Assembly: GCF_006345805.1 (NCBI RefSeq)
Contig: NC_043000.1
Span: forward strand, 102,672,001-102,736,000
Direction: 5' to 3'
Length of the DNA: 64,000 nucleotides
From: Octopus sinensis
Taxonomy: Eukaryota
Part shown: piece by piece, positions 1-12,459 of the stretch
Position numbering within the stretch: the first letter of the stretch is position 1
How the letters are laid out: each line of letters starts with the position of its first letter
Translations under genes and position numbers: made by a program
The notes under the pieces: generated by a model
What the model saw: the letters and a program-made list of their open reading frames with translations, nothing else
Told to the model about the DNA's origin: nothing
The model's database searches: none

Positions 1-171
1 AAAATACTATGAAAAACAAAAGAAAAAGGAGGAAAGAAAGAAAAGGTACAGTGTCACCAACAACAAATGCATAATAAGACGGAAATTAACACAAAATAGA
101 ATACATACGCACACACACACATATATATATACATACGTATGCATATATATATATATATGTATATATCTAGA

Positions 172-202
<31 letters not shown>

Positions 203-653
203 GGTATATATATACCTATATATATATATGTAATATATATATATATATATACGTATGCATATATATATATATATACACCACACACACACACACCCACACA
301 CCACATATATATATATATATTATATGTATGTATATGTACATATATATAAACACAATAATATATAATTAAAAAATATTAAAATGGAAGAATAGATATGCAT
401 ATTTAGAATTTTGAATGTGAATATTGTATAAAAATAAAAGAACTGCAGCAACCGAAAGATGTATTTAATTGTAATGTGAGAGTATTGGAAGAATTTCTAT
501 GTATAGATATATATTTCGATGCAAAGTCACATGTATGTGTGAGTATGTGTAACAATATAGAGATTTTTGTATAAGTTCATATCTGTATTGTAACCTTGTA
601 TAATGTGGTGTGTTGCGTTGTTTGTGTGTATGAATGTATGTACTTACACCACG

Positions 654-698
<45 letters not shown>

Positions 699-796
699 AT
701 ATTAGGGAATAAATCCAAATTTACAGGGAAAAAATCAGATTTAGGATTAAATCCAATTTTATAGTAAAATTTTGCAAAATAGTGGTTTTGTCTCTA

Positions 797-1032
<236 letters not shown>

Positions 1033-1034
1033 AT

Positions 1035-1193
1035 AGGCGTGGCTGTGTGGTAAGAAGTTTGCTTTGCAATCACATGGATTCAGTTTCACTTCCATTGTGT
1101 GGCACCTTGGGCAAGCGTCTTCTGCTCTAGCCTAGGGCCGACCAAAGGTTTGTGAGTGGATATGGCAGACGCAAACTGAAAGAAGCCCGTCGT
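1035..1193 (+). mobile_element. SINE family A, 5' half
   Basis: GGCGTGGCTGTGTGGTAAGAAG...AACTGAAAGAAGCCCGTCG. Confidence 0.8.
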
Positions 1194-2199
1194 GTGAATA
1201 TATCTATATATCTATGTGCGTGTCTTGTGGCTTTAATTAGTTTAAATGTACACAAATGCATAAAAATAATTTTTAATTCCATTAGACATTCTAAAATACT
1301 ATTAAATTTCATTCAATTTTATAAAAGGTAAAATCGGAAAGAACTTATGGGATGACCTCATAAAAATTTCATTTAACTCGAAGTGATTTGAAGGGCCGAT
1401 ACCAAAACAGAAGACATACCACGCCACTGGGAAAACACCTGTTTGATTTTGCAGGTAGTATTTCTAAATAATCTAATCCCTTATCCTGCCGGCTGGTTAA
1501 CTGAGGTAATATAAAATAAAGATTACGATCCAAGAACACAACAGAACGCCTGAAGCGCTTTTGTGACACGCAACATATGAGCTCTCAGTTATCTTGCTTT
1601 TACATACCGAACCAATTGCTGTCATTAGATAAACAGTTCTTCTCCCCCGCTACTTTCCAATCATATAATCTAACAAGGTCAACAATTGTCCCTATTCTTG
1701 TATACTTCATTAGTACGAAAATGTTTTATTTAACGGATATATGTTTGATTTTTAAAAATCCCTGTCGTCTCATTTTAGTAAAATGTAAGTCACCATCATG
1801 ACAAACAATACAAAGCATTGTATTAGATGGCATGACAAACTGTCACAATAACCGATCCATTTTGCCAAACATGGATCTTGTATCGTACAGCTAATTATGC
1901 GGTAATTGTTTCTATGCCTGCGTTTGGAAAACGACTCTAGTCTTTTTTTTAGTATCCCATAGGTCTGTGTTAATATATTCAATTTATCCGCCAAACACAC
2001 ATACGTTTATATGGCGTACGTACCCTTTGTTCTCTTATATATATATATATATATACACACAACACATCTTCTGTTTTCCCTTTTCAAAAAAATAAGTTTT
2101 TCCCAGCGTTCACTATTTTCCTTTCGTTTTGGTCTAATGACCCTCCATGTCTGTTTTCGTTCGGTTTCCTTGTATGTCACCACTGTTATGTTTTGGTCT

Positions 2200-2440
2200 T
2201 CGAATTTTTGGAACTACTGTTTTTGAAGACTCATATTGTCGTTTGAAAGCTCGAAATGAAGAGCAAATAGACACCCGACAACTGATGAAGGGTCCTTTTT
2301 TCTGTGTTAACTTCTCCTGTTCTCCATTTTTTCTCGTTGTTTACGTATTTCACTCGTTTTTGCCCTGTAGCTACTGTCAACGTCTTGTATTTATCTCTCG
2401 TGTGTATGTTATCTACACCGTTGGTGACGTCCTGTACCCA

Positions 2441-2445
<5 letters not shown>
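2200..2445 (+). mobile_element. Family P repeat copy
   Basis: Ends GACGTCCTGTACCCATA-(TA)n; contains GCTCGAAA...CGACAACTGATGAAGGGTC. Confidence 0.55.
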
Positions 2446-2491
<46 letters not shown>

Positions 2492-2686
2492 TCCACTACC
2501 CATTGCTGTCAGAATGAAAAGAATAATTTCTCTCCATAAAGAAAGAAAAGTGTCGTAAATTAGAAAATAAAATGTATATTACTCTTTTAGAATAACGTAT
2601 ATTTATACAAAACATGATATATATGCTTCCACGAACCAAGGTGTTATACCGAAGAATGGAGTCCCAACACCTATGTGCGTGTGTAA

Positions 2687-2724
<38 letters not shown>

Positions 2725-2735
<11 letters not shown>

Positions 2736-2945
2736 GTTTCATATTTTGGCATAAAGCAGGCAATTTCAGGGGAGGAGATAAATTGATCACATCGGCCACA
2801 GTGTTCAGCTGGTACTTTTTTTATCGACTCTGAATAGATGAAAAGCAAAGTCGACCTCGGTGGAATCTGAACGCAGAACATAAAGACGGACAAAAAGCTG
2901 TTAAGCATTTTGCTCGGCATGCTAACGATTCTGCCAGCTGGCAGC
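2725..2945 (-). mobile_element. SINE family B
   Basis: Reverse complement of the family B consensus, adjoining (AAT)n. Confidence 0.75.
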
Positions 2946-3679
2946 CTTGTCACATGAGTCCCAGTGCTGCTGTATCCGTGGTGTTCACCTTACGATAGCA
3001 TTGGTCATAATATGCAGCGTGGTTTGGGTGTCTAAATTTGGCAGAGTTCTTCCCGCTTTAGATTTAATTACTGCTGATTCATTCCACAGAGAGAAAGCGC
3101 GTAAGCGCACGCAGGAGAGAGAAGAAGAGATAGATAGATAATGAGAAAACGAGAAGGAAATGGGAAGAAAGAGAGAGACAGAGAGTGGAGAGAGGGGATA
3201 AGAAAGCGAATGATTACAAAGAAATTAGCATTTCATTGAAGGACGCGAAAAGAAAAAAATTGAACAAGGCGTGATTTGAAATCAAAGCGTAGAGGCCGGC
3301 ACACGCACACACATACACACACACAAACACACACACACACACACATACACACACACACACACACACAAAGATACGCACAAACACACATACAGACACATTA
3401 CAAACATACATTCATACAGACATTCATGCATACATACATACATACATACATAAATACATACATGATGGCCACTCCCTCGTTCTCGTGTATAAGATGACGT
3501 TACCGGTACGTCAAGCGATACCAGTGCACATGCTCTTTAAAGTGAGGAGAGGCATTTCACAGGACCAATCCCATTCATTGAACAATAATGACAGACACCC
3601 CAGAAATTTAGTTCTAGTGAACATCAATTGGCTGCAACCGAGTTGCAGGTTTTACACTTACGTTCTTTTCCCCCTAGAA

Positions 3680-4006
3680 CAGGGCTTCTCAACCATTTTT
3701 TATCTATGGACTCCTTTGAATGCTATTTTATTCTTGTGGACCCCCATAGCGATCCAATATTTAAAAACTAGTTTTATAGAAACTTCTTTCGAAATTCCAG
3801 TTATTTATCACACATTAACTTGTGTAGGTTGAACTAGGTAAAAGATTAGAGAAAGAAACCTAGCTGTTTCTTGCAATACACACCAATGCATACATCTGAA
3901 ACAAAATGTTTTTCAGGGAACCTTTACATACTATTTTGTTGCGTGGGACCTCAAAAATCTGATATAGACTCTCAGGGGTGTTATGGACCTCGGTTGAGAA
4001 CGACTA
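3680..4006. mobile_element. hAT-type MITE with 8-bp TSD
   Basis: Degenerate TIRs CAGGGCTTCTCAACC / GGTTGAGAACGACTA; flanks CCCTAGAA / CCCGAGAA (7/8 match). Confidence 0.75.
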
Positions 4007-4711
4007 CCCGAGAATGATGTCCTAATAAGGACTAGAGGTCATTGACTCCAAGTAATGTGGTACAACCATGCCCATATTCTCATTCTCATGGTTCTTTGCT
4101 GACTTGAAGCTGTTGAAAACATGTCAATCCTCTGAACAACCACTATTTTCTGCACCAAAGTCACCAGTTTGTCCATCATTACTGCAGGAGTTACCGTTGT
4201 CCATGAAAAATAGCAGGATCGACTTTGTGTACACAGTATTTGATGGCCGTTGACTTTATTGAATTCATCTGTCCCTTGATACTTACATACATACATACAT
4301 GCATACATACATACATGCATACATACATACATACATACATACATACATACATACATACATACATACATACATACATACAAAAATACCCTGTTGGTGATGT
4401 CGAAATTCCAATTAAGGAACCTTGGATCTAGGGTTGAAACCAGCTCTTTCTGCATTGAAAAGAAATCTTGAAATAAACTGAATAGTGACATAAATACATA
4501 CATACATACATACATACATACATACAAACATACGTAGGTAGGTACGTACATATATACATACATAAGTACATACATACATACATACGTACGTACGTACATA
4601 CATACATACGTACGTACATACATATAATAATATAAATAATATATATATGCATATATACATACATATAATGTACATACTTACATACTTATATATGTATGTA
4701 TATACATATGC

Positions 4712-5612
4712 ATATATGGGTACAGGACGTCATAAAACGTAAACCACATGAAATGCGAAATACGAAAACATGGAATTTTTTTGCGAAAGAAACATATAGA
4801 AAACAAGACAAGTAAATTAAAGAACGACCCTTCATCAGCTGTCGGCTGTTTTTTATTCCACAATTCGAGTAATCACGATAAGATGTGTCTTGAAGAAAAC
4901 ATTTGGGATTTGGGGCGGGTGAAAGTTAGTAACACAAACAGGACAGTGAAAACAAGCAGTAAGGGCTGCTGAGCCATAACGAGGTAAGGTGAGGAACGCA
5001 GGAGGAACAAGCTTTGACAGGAGAAAAGATAGGAGAGGAGACAGACAAGAATGCGTGTGATCTGTGTAGCAAATCAAAAGGAAAGAAAGAAGCTCAAGGT
5101 AGGAAAGGGAAGATGGCCGATGGTCCCGTGTGAGCAACAAAAGAGTAAAGGAACAAGAGTGAGAAAGAGAGAAGGACAGATAGAGAACGGCGAAGGAAAG
5201 AGGAAAATAATTAGAGAAAGGATGAGAGAAAAACGAAAGGGGGAGATGGGGAGATATAAAGAATTAGGGAAAGGAAGAGAGAGGAAACAAAAGGGGCGAG
5301 AGAACAGTACGGAGAGTTGCATCAACATTATTAAGATAAACTTACTTGGAAATGGATGTGGGGCGTTCAATCATATAATAATATAAATAATATATATAAG
5401 CATATATACATACATATATGTATATGCACATGCATATATGGGTACAGGACGTCATAAAACGGAAACCACATGAAATACGAAATACGAAAACATGGAATAC
5501 GAACTTTTTTGCGAACAAATGAAGAAACAAATGGAAAGCAAGACGAGTAACATAAAGAATGACCCTTCATCAGTTGTCGGCTGTTTTTTACTCCACATTT
5601 CGAGCAACATAC
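4712..5612 (-). mobile_element. Putative Penelope-like non-autonomous repeat (family P), long copy plus partial tandem copy
   Basis: Two units start (TA)n-GGGTACAGGACGTCATAAAAC on the plus strand at ~4718 and ~5440. A partial tandem arrangement and (TA)n adjacency are typical of PLE pseudo-LTRs. No protein remnant recognised. Confidence 0.5.
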
Positions 5613-6419
5613 ATACATTTGCGTGTATTTTCTCTCCGACGAATTCTTTGCTCGAAACATCAATACTGACTTAGTGCCCGCGGTATATGAACTTCTCCAA
5701 ATCCGCAAAAACACACGCACGCACGCACACACACGCGCGCGCGCACACACAAATAGAAAACGAAGAAACAAACGTAAACACTTATTGACTAAAGAATACA
5801 GCCACCACCACAGGCTACGGGAAACGCCCCTCCTCAACGATCGCACCAATTGTGTGGTGGTGGTGGTGCTGGTGGGGTAGAACGAAAAAAAACAGTACAA
5901 ATCTAACAGAAAAAAATACAAAAAGTAACAATATTTAAATAAAAAAAAATAAACTAAGTGAATAAAAAAATAAATATCCTCACATGTAAAAACGAATCTG
6001 GAATGACGGAGTCAATATTTTCTATCTGCTAGCTCGGGAGAAATATTTTAATTACTGACAGAAGTGGGTGATAGCTAGATTATCTGTCTGAGGAGGTAAC
6101 TTGGTGATTAGCAGACATCATGCGATGCTCTTTCGTTTCCTTCATCGCGTTCTCTGCCCCCCACTCACCCCGTCTCCACCCATCTATACACACAGATATA
6201 ACTTTTATTTTTACGGGCTATTTATTTATTTATTTGCATAATTATTTTACAGTTTTACGAAACTAAAACTCCTACATTTCATTTCATTTCATTTAACAGA
6301 CGGAATAAATTCTTTATCTAATATTTCCTTAATATAAGGAACTATTTCTTTGGGAAAACCAGTTCAGCTGTCTAAAAAATGAAAGAGAATTTGTGTGTAG
6401 ACGTGTCTGTGTGTGTCCG

Positions 6420-6517
<98 letters not shown>

Positions 6518-6643
6518 TTATATATTTATATATATATTTATAAATTTATATATACATTTATATATATATGCATGTATACTTGTATGTTTATTTAAATATA
6601 TATATATATAAAATAAATACTAATATATAATACGTATATATAT

Positions 6644-6681
<38 letters not shown>

Positions 6682-6687
6682 ATACAT

Positions 6688-6841
6688 GCATATATGGTTA
6701 CAGGACGTCACCTACGGTGCAAATAACATGAAGTACGTAAACAAGGGATGGAAAAGTGAAAAAAAATGGAAAACAGAACAAGTTAACACAGAGGAAGGAC
6801 CCTTCATCAGTTGTCGGCTGTCTATCTACTCGTTTCGAGCA
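6688..6841 (-). mobile_element. Family P repeat copy (short)
   Basis: GGTTACAGGACGTCACC...CCTTCATCAGTTGTCGGCTGTC...TTTCGAGC, flanked by (TA)n. Confidence 0.55.
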
Positions 6842-7202
6842 ATATATATATATGTGTGTGTGTTTGTATATATACATATATGTATGTGTGCGTGTGTGTA
6901 TATGTATATATATATACATACATATATACATACACACACGTATGAATATGTGCATATGTATAATTATATATACATATACGTTTTATACGTATATTTCTAT
7001 GCATATGCTTATTTGTGTGTATCAGTATATGGCTTATATGTCTATACGTTATAGCAGATATACATTATAGACATGCAAACATGCATATGTGTTTGTGTAT
7101 GTATATATGTATACGTATATGCATGTATATGTATGTATACATATATATGTATATATATATATATATATTATATATATATATATAAGTATATATATATATA
7201 TA

Positions 7203-7233
<31 letters not shown>

Positions 7234-7256
7234 CATTTATATATATATACATATAC

Positions 7257-7322
<66 letters not shown>

Positions 7323-7326
7323 ATAT

Positions 7327-7360
<34 letters not shown>

Positions 7361-8255
7361 ATATATGTGTGTGTGTGTGTGTATATGTATATGAAGATAG
7401 ATTAAAATATCTATATTTTTGCTGCATGTGCATATATATATATTTATATAGGCATAAATAGATATATATACATAGAAAGAAAAAGAGAGAGAGGGAGATT
7501 TATGCAAGTGTGTATATATCTGTATGTGTGCGACGTATATGTAAATATTTAAATATGTATGAATATGAATCTGTATATACATATATGGAAACACGCATAC
7601 ACAAGCGAGTACACACACGCATACGTGCACACGGGCACACACAAAAATTGAAAGCAAAACGGTACGGATGGTATCTTTTTATAAATATATTTATTCCGCG
7701 TTTTCTTGTCTTTTATAATTTTTTGGGAACGGGGTAGGAAGATATTCAGGTATTTCCGAGATAAACCATACGCATCCGTTATCTTTTAATATATAAGCAA
7801 AAATAAAACAAGAAAAGGAGGAACAAAATACTTAAGAAACCCTCTTAACCCTTCTCCCCACCGCACCTCCCAAAAATCGGAAGAAATAAAAACAGAAAAG
7901 AAATAAATAAAAACGAATAGAATAAAATACAATGTATACGGTGTGGATGAATGTGTATGTGTGTGTGTGTGTTTATATTTGTCTATTTATATACGTATGT
8001 ATGTGCATGTATATTTATACACATACATGTATGCACACACACACACACAAATATACACGTATGTATATTTGCATAATGTGTGCTTATGTGTGTGTGTGTG
8101 TGTGTGTGTGTGTCTGTCTGTATTTTTGTATGTATGTATGTATGTATGTATGCGTGCATAATGTATACGTGTTTATATATATATGTGTGTGTGTGTGTAT
8201 GAGTGTGTGTGTGCGTGTGTGTGTGTGTGTATATATTTATATGTGTATCTATCTA

Positions 8256-8303
<48 letters not shown>

Positions 8304-8440
8304 AACATACATACATATATGTGTGTATATGTTTATATGTATGTGTGTGTGTTTATATGTATATGTGTGTGTGCGTGTATAGATATAGATATATACATAC
8401 ATATATGTATATATATATACATACATATGTATATATAATT

Positions 8441-8493
<53 letters not shown>

Positions 8494-9022
8494 TTGTGAG
8501 AGATAAGGCAATTAGATTACCAGAAGTTTTACCATAGTATAATGTCTGCCGCCTCGGTAATTAGCCTCGGTTCAATTTCTGGTTAAAATGTGAGCTAATT
8601 TCATTAATGTTAACGTTAAACCTACTCCGACTACTACTACTACTACTACTTTTACTCCTACCCCTCCACCACCAACCACCAATACCTTTACTTCTGCAGC
8701 TAGACAAAAAGAAAATATTAAAAAATAGATAAAAAGTAAGAAAAATCTGTTTTAACCCCTTTATCCTTCTTCATTTTTCCCTTCTCTCTTTCTTTATTTC
8801 GTCTTCCTCTTTCTTATCACCCCCCAACACCGTTGGCTTCTTGCTTTGTTTTTATTTTCATTTTCTTACTTTTTTGGGGTCTTTATTCTTTCTTTGCTGC
8901 CATTTTCGTTCTTCATTTTCTTCCTTTCCCTCTTTCTGTATATTTTACCTGTCTTTTACTTCACTTCACACTTACCCTTTTTCTAATTTTAATCCGATTC
9001 ACTTTCTCTATTATTATTATTA

Positions 9023-9071
<49 letters not shown>

Positions 9072-9095
9072 GCAGCATTAGTATTAGTATTAAGT

Positions 9096-9305
9096 TGGCG
9101 TGCTGGCAGAATCCTTAACGCGCTGGATGAAATACTTATTGGTATTTCATTCGTCGCTACGTTCTGAGTTCGAATTCCGCCAAGGTTGACTTTACCTTTC
9201 AACCTTTCGGGGTCGATAAAATAAGTACCAACTGAACACTGGTGTTGATGTAATCGATTCATCCCCTCCCCACAAAGTGTTGCCCTTATGGCAAAATTTG
9301 AAACC
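9096..9305 (+). mobile_element. SINE family B with (ATT)n tail
   Basis: TGGCGTGCTGGCAGAATC...GAGTTCGAATTCCGCC...GGGGTCGATAAAATAAGTACC. Confidence 0.8.
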
Positions 9306-9369
<64 letters not shown>

Positions 9370-9396
9370 TATTATTATTATTATTATTATTTATTA

Positions 9397-9433
<37 letters not shown>

Positions 9434-9440
9434 TATTATT

Positions 9441-9990
9441 TCTCTTTATCACAGGTTTTGTTGGAGTTCCTGGAGTCTTGCACGCGTTCTTTTCAGCTAT
9501 CTAATACATTCTTTGGAGTCTTGCACGCGTTCTTTTCAGCTATTTAATACGTTCTTGATTATTCTTGCCGTACCAAGGAGGCAAACCTTTTGTAACAGTT
9601 CTACTGGGCACTCTATTCCAATTTCCTTTATATTCCCCTTGATACCTTCTGATACTGTTCCCATGGACTCAACAATAATTGGCACTGTCTTCACCTTCTT
9701 CATTTTTCATAGCTGGGCTATTTAGTACTTAAGAGGATTGTATGTATATATCTCTTTTTTTCGCCTCCCTTCTTGACAATTCGTGGGTCAAAGGGGCACG
9801 CAACATAAACTATATAGCACATGTAGTGCATCTTGTCTACCACCATTAAGTCCGGTCTGTTACGTTCTAGCATCTGATCTTTTTGGATGGGAAAATCTCA
9901 GAGGAGTTTTCAAGTGTCCGACTCCGCCACTCTGCGGTTTGTGCTCACATCACGTCTTGCCTCTCTCTAGCCCCCACTTTCGGCACGTTA
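9441..9990 (-). mobile_element. 3' fragment of an R4/Dong-like (restriction-like endonuclease) non-LTR retrotransposon, copy 1
   Basis: Minus-strand translation gives (W)DFPIQKDQMLERNRPDLMVVDK...CYIVYVACPFDPRI (PD-(D/E)xK-type RLE) and KMKKVKTVPIIVESMGTVSEG...LLQKVCLLGTARIIKNVLNS*, with stops. It ends in a (TAA)n tract and carries a 43-bp internal duplication at 9472/9515. Confidence 0.8.
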
Positions 9991-9999
9991 TCGTCGTCG

Positions 10000-10081
<82 letters not shown>

Positions 10082-10116
10082 CATTATTATATATTATTAT
10101 TATTATTATTATTATT

Positions 10117-10665
10117 TCTCTTATCACAGGTTTTGTTGGAGTTCCTGGAGTCTTGCACGCGTTCTTTTCAGCTATCTAATACATTCTTTGGAGTCTTGCA
10201 CGCGTTCTTTTCAGCTATTTAATACGTTCTTGATTATTCTTGCCGTACCAAGGAGGCAAACCTTTTGTAACAGTTCTACTGGGCACTCTATTCCAATTTC
10301 CTTTATATTCCCCTTGATACCTTCTGATACTGTTCCCATGGACTCAACAATAATTGGCACTATCTTCACCTTCTTCATTTTTCATAGCTGGGCTATTTAG
10401 TACTTAAGAGGATTGTATGTATATATCTCTTTTTTTCGCCTCCCTTCTTGACAATTCGTGGGTCAAAGGGGCACGCAACATAAACTATATAGCACATGTA
10501 GTGCATCTTGTCTACCACCATTAAGTCCGGTCTGTTACGTTCTAGCATCTGATCTTTTTGGATGGGAAAATCTCAGAGGAGTTTTCAAGTGTCCGACTCC
10601 GCCACTCTGCGGTTTGTGCTCACATCACGTCTTGCCTCTCTCTAGCCCCCACTTTCGGCACGTTA
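10117..10665 (-). mobile_element. R4/Dong-like 3' fragment, copy 2 (tandem duplicate, 675-bp period)
   Basis: Near-identical to 9441-9990; the antisense ORFs at 9783 and 10458 start exactly 675 bp apart. Confidence 0.85.
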
Positions 10666-10674
10666 TCGTCGTCG

Positions 10675-10756
<82 letters not shown>

Positions 10757-10799
10757 CATTATTATTATTATTATTATTATTGTTGTTATCAAAGTAATT

Positions 10800-10950
10800 A
10801 GCTGGTAGAATCGTTTGTACATCAGGAAATATGCTTTAGAGGTCGACTTTGCATTGCATCCTTTCGAGGTCGATAAACTAAATACTAGTTGAGTACTGGG
10901 GTCGATGAAATCGACTATCCCCCTCCCCCAAATTTCAGGCCTTGAAAGGA
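10800..10950 (+). mobile_element. SINE family B, internally deleted
   Basis: GCTGGTAGAATCGTT...GAGGTCGACTTTGC...GGGGTCGATGAAATCGAC. Confidence 0.7.
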
Positions 10951-10989
10951 TTATTATTATTATCATCATCATCATCATCATCATCAACA

Positions 10990-11044
<55 letters not shown>

Positions 11045-11052
11045 CATCATCA

Positions 11053-11092
<40 letters not shown>

Positions 11093-11128
11093 TATTATTA
11101 TTATCATCATCATTATTATTATTATTGT
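10940..11128. repeat. (ATT)n/(ATC)n compound trinucleotide repeat
   Basis: Direct reading; similar tracts at 9010-9070, 9307-9440, 10000-10116 and 10680-10780. Confidence 0.95.
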
Positions 11129-11520
11129 AGCTACGGTCAGGTATATATATTTATAATTTACATCCTGTTAATAATCTTTCATTTTCTATTTTAGCTTCGT
11201 AACCTCCTCTCTTTCTTTTCTTTCTCTCTCTGTCTCTTCACTTCTCTCTTTCACACCATCTTTCTTCTCTCAGCCGTTCAATCTTTCCTTGTCTCTTCAC
11301 TTCTCCACTTCTCTCTGTCACACCATCTTTCCTCTCTCAGCCTCTCAATTTTTCTAAATATATAGTCGCGAACTTTCCTCTCTTACTCTCTTCTTATCTT
11401 CTCTCAGCTCTCAATCTCTCTAAATACATAGACACTTTCTTTCTCTATTTCTTCTCTACCCTCTATCACACTATTAAATTTTAAATATAATTAGATAGAT
11501 AAATAAATAAAATATCCAAA

Positions 11521-12459
11521 ATGTCCAGAACCTGGAGAAGTAACGAATTGGCGTTGTTCCTGAGGGCCCTTCAATGCGCCGACGGAGATAATCCGAACAA
11601 CATAATTACAGCTGCGCTGAAGAGCAGTGGATATAAAAGGACAATAGCTCAGATAGAGCGAAAGAAGCAGGAGTTTATATGCTCCTATGCACTCATAAGA
11701 TCTCACATTGGCACGCTTGATGCCATCTTTGACAACGAACAAAGTAAAGATGGCAAGGATGGAAACGTGGGTGCTGATGAAAGAAGTCACCCCCACTTGA
11801 TAGATACCCAGGAAGAAGATTCAAGTGAGAAACCTGCCCGGGAAGTAAACCCAACTGCAAGTACTCCTACCAACACCAAAAGCCATGGAGATGAAAGAGC
11901 CAAAAAAGAAATAAAAGGAGGAAAAACTAAAAGAAAAACAAAAGGTGAAACAGCCAAAGAAGGAAAAACTAAAACTCAAAAAAACCAAAAAAATGAAACA
12001 GTCAAGGATAGAAGCAAACCTGACTATCCATGTACCAAAAAGGATGGAAACAGACAGCGCACACGGGTGTGTAGGTTCTACCTGGGAGGTGTCTGCTGGC
12101 ATGGAGAGGAAGGTGCAGGCTGCCGTTTTGCACATCGGGGACCCTGCCGCAGAAACACGAAACAGGTCAGAAACCAACTACCAAAAGGAAAATGGATGGA
12201 CCACGCACCACCTGCCCCAAAACGGAGGTACGCAGATGTGGTGCGTGCTACAAACCGCCAACATGTTATTGAAAGGGCAGCTGCTGAACAAGAATCTTTT
12301 TTGTGCATGGCACAAAAGATTGTACAGCAGCTAACCTGGCTCCATCAAACTCAAACTCACAGATGGGACTATCCACAATACACAAGACCGCCACAGCAAA
12401 TAGACCCAAGGTGGACACCGCCGGCAACAGCATACACCTCACCTCGATGCTCCTACTGA
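11521..12459 (+). CDS. LINE ORF1 (312 aa): N-terminal Myb/SANT-like helix-turn-helix, Lys/Glu-rich linker, CCCH zinc finger
   Basis: Open 312-aa ORF directly upstream of, and overlapping by 13 nt, an APE-RT ORF. Contains CRFYLGGVCWHGEEGAGCRFAH (C-x7-C-x8-C-x3-H). The N-terminus WRSNELALFL...IITAALKSSGYKRTIAQIERK resembles the trihelix/Myb-SANT pattern W..EE...L....I...L...GY.RT..Q...K. Confidence 0.8.
   Translation: MSRTWRSNELALFLRALQCADGDNPNNIITAALKSSGYKRTIAQIERKKQEFICSYALIRSHIGTLDAIFDNEQSKDGKDGNVGADERSHPHLIDTQEEDSSEKPAREVNPTASTPTNTKSHGDERAKKEIKGGKTKRKTKGETAKEGKTKTQKNQKNETVKDRSKPDYPCTKKDGNRQRTRVCRFYLGGVCWHGEEGAGCRFAHRGPCRRNTKQVRNQLPKGKWMDHAPPAPKRRYADVVRATNRQHVIERAAAEQESFLCMAQKIVQQLTWLHQTQTHRWDYPQYTRPPQQIDPRWTPPATAYTSPRCSY

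Noticed and set aside
1300-2000. Complex sequence with 60-76-aa ORFs
   Set aside because: All frames have multiple stops and no recognisable motif.
3656-4290. Possible minus-strand exon ending at a GTAAGT donor (3656-3661), interrupted by the hAT MITE
   Set aside because: The best-looking frame has two stops, there is no acceptor site, and no domain was recognised.
9783-10400. 205-aa plus-strand ORF
   Set aside because: It is antisense to the R4/Dong remnant and bridged by a trinucleotide repeat.
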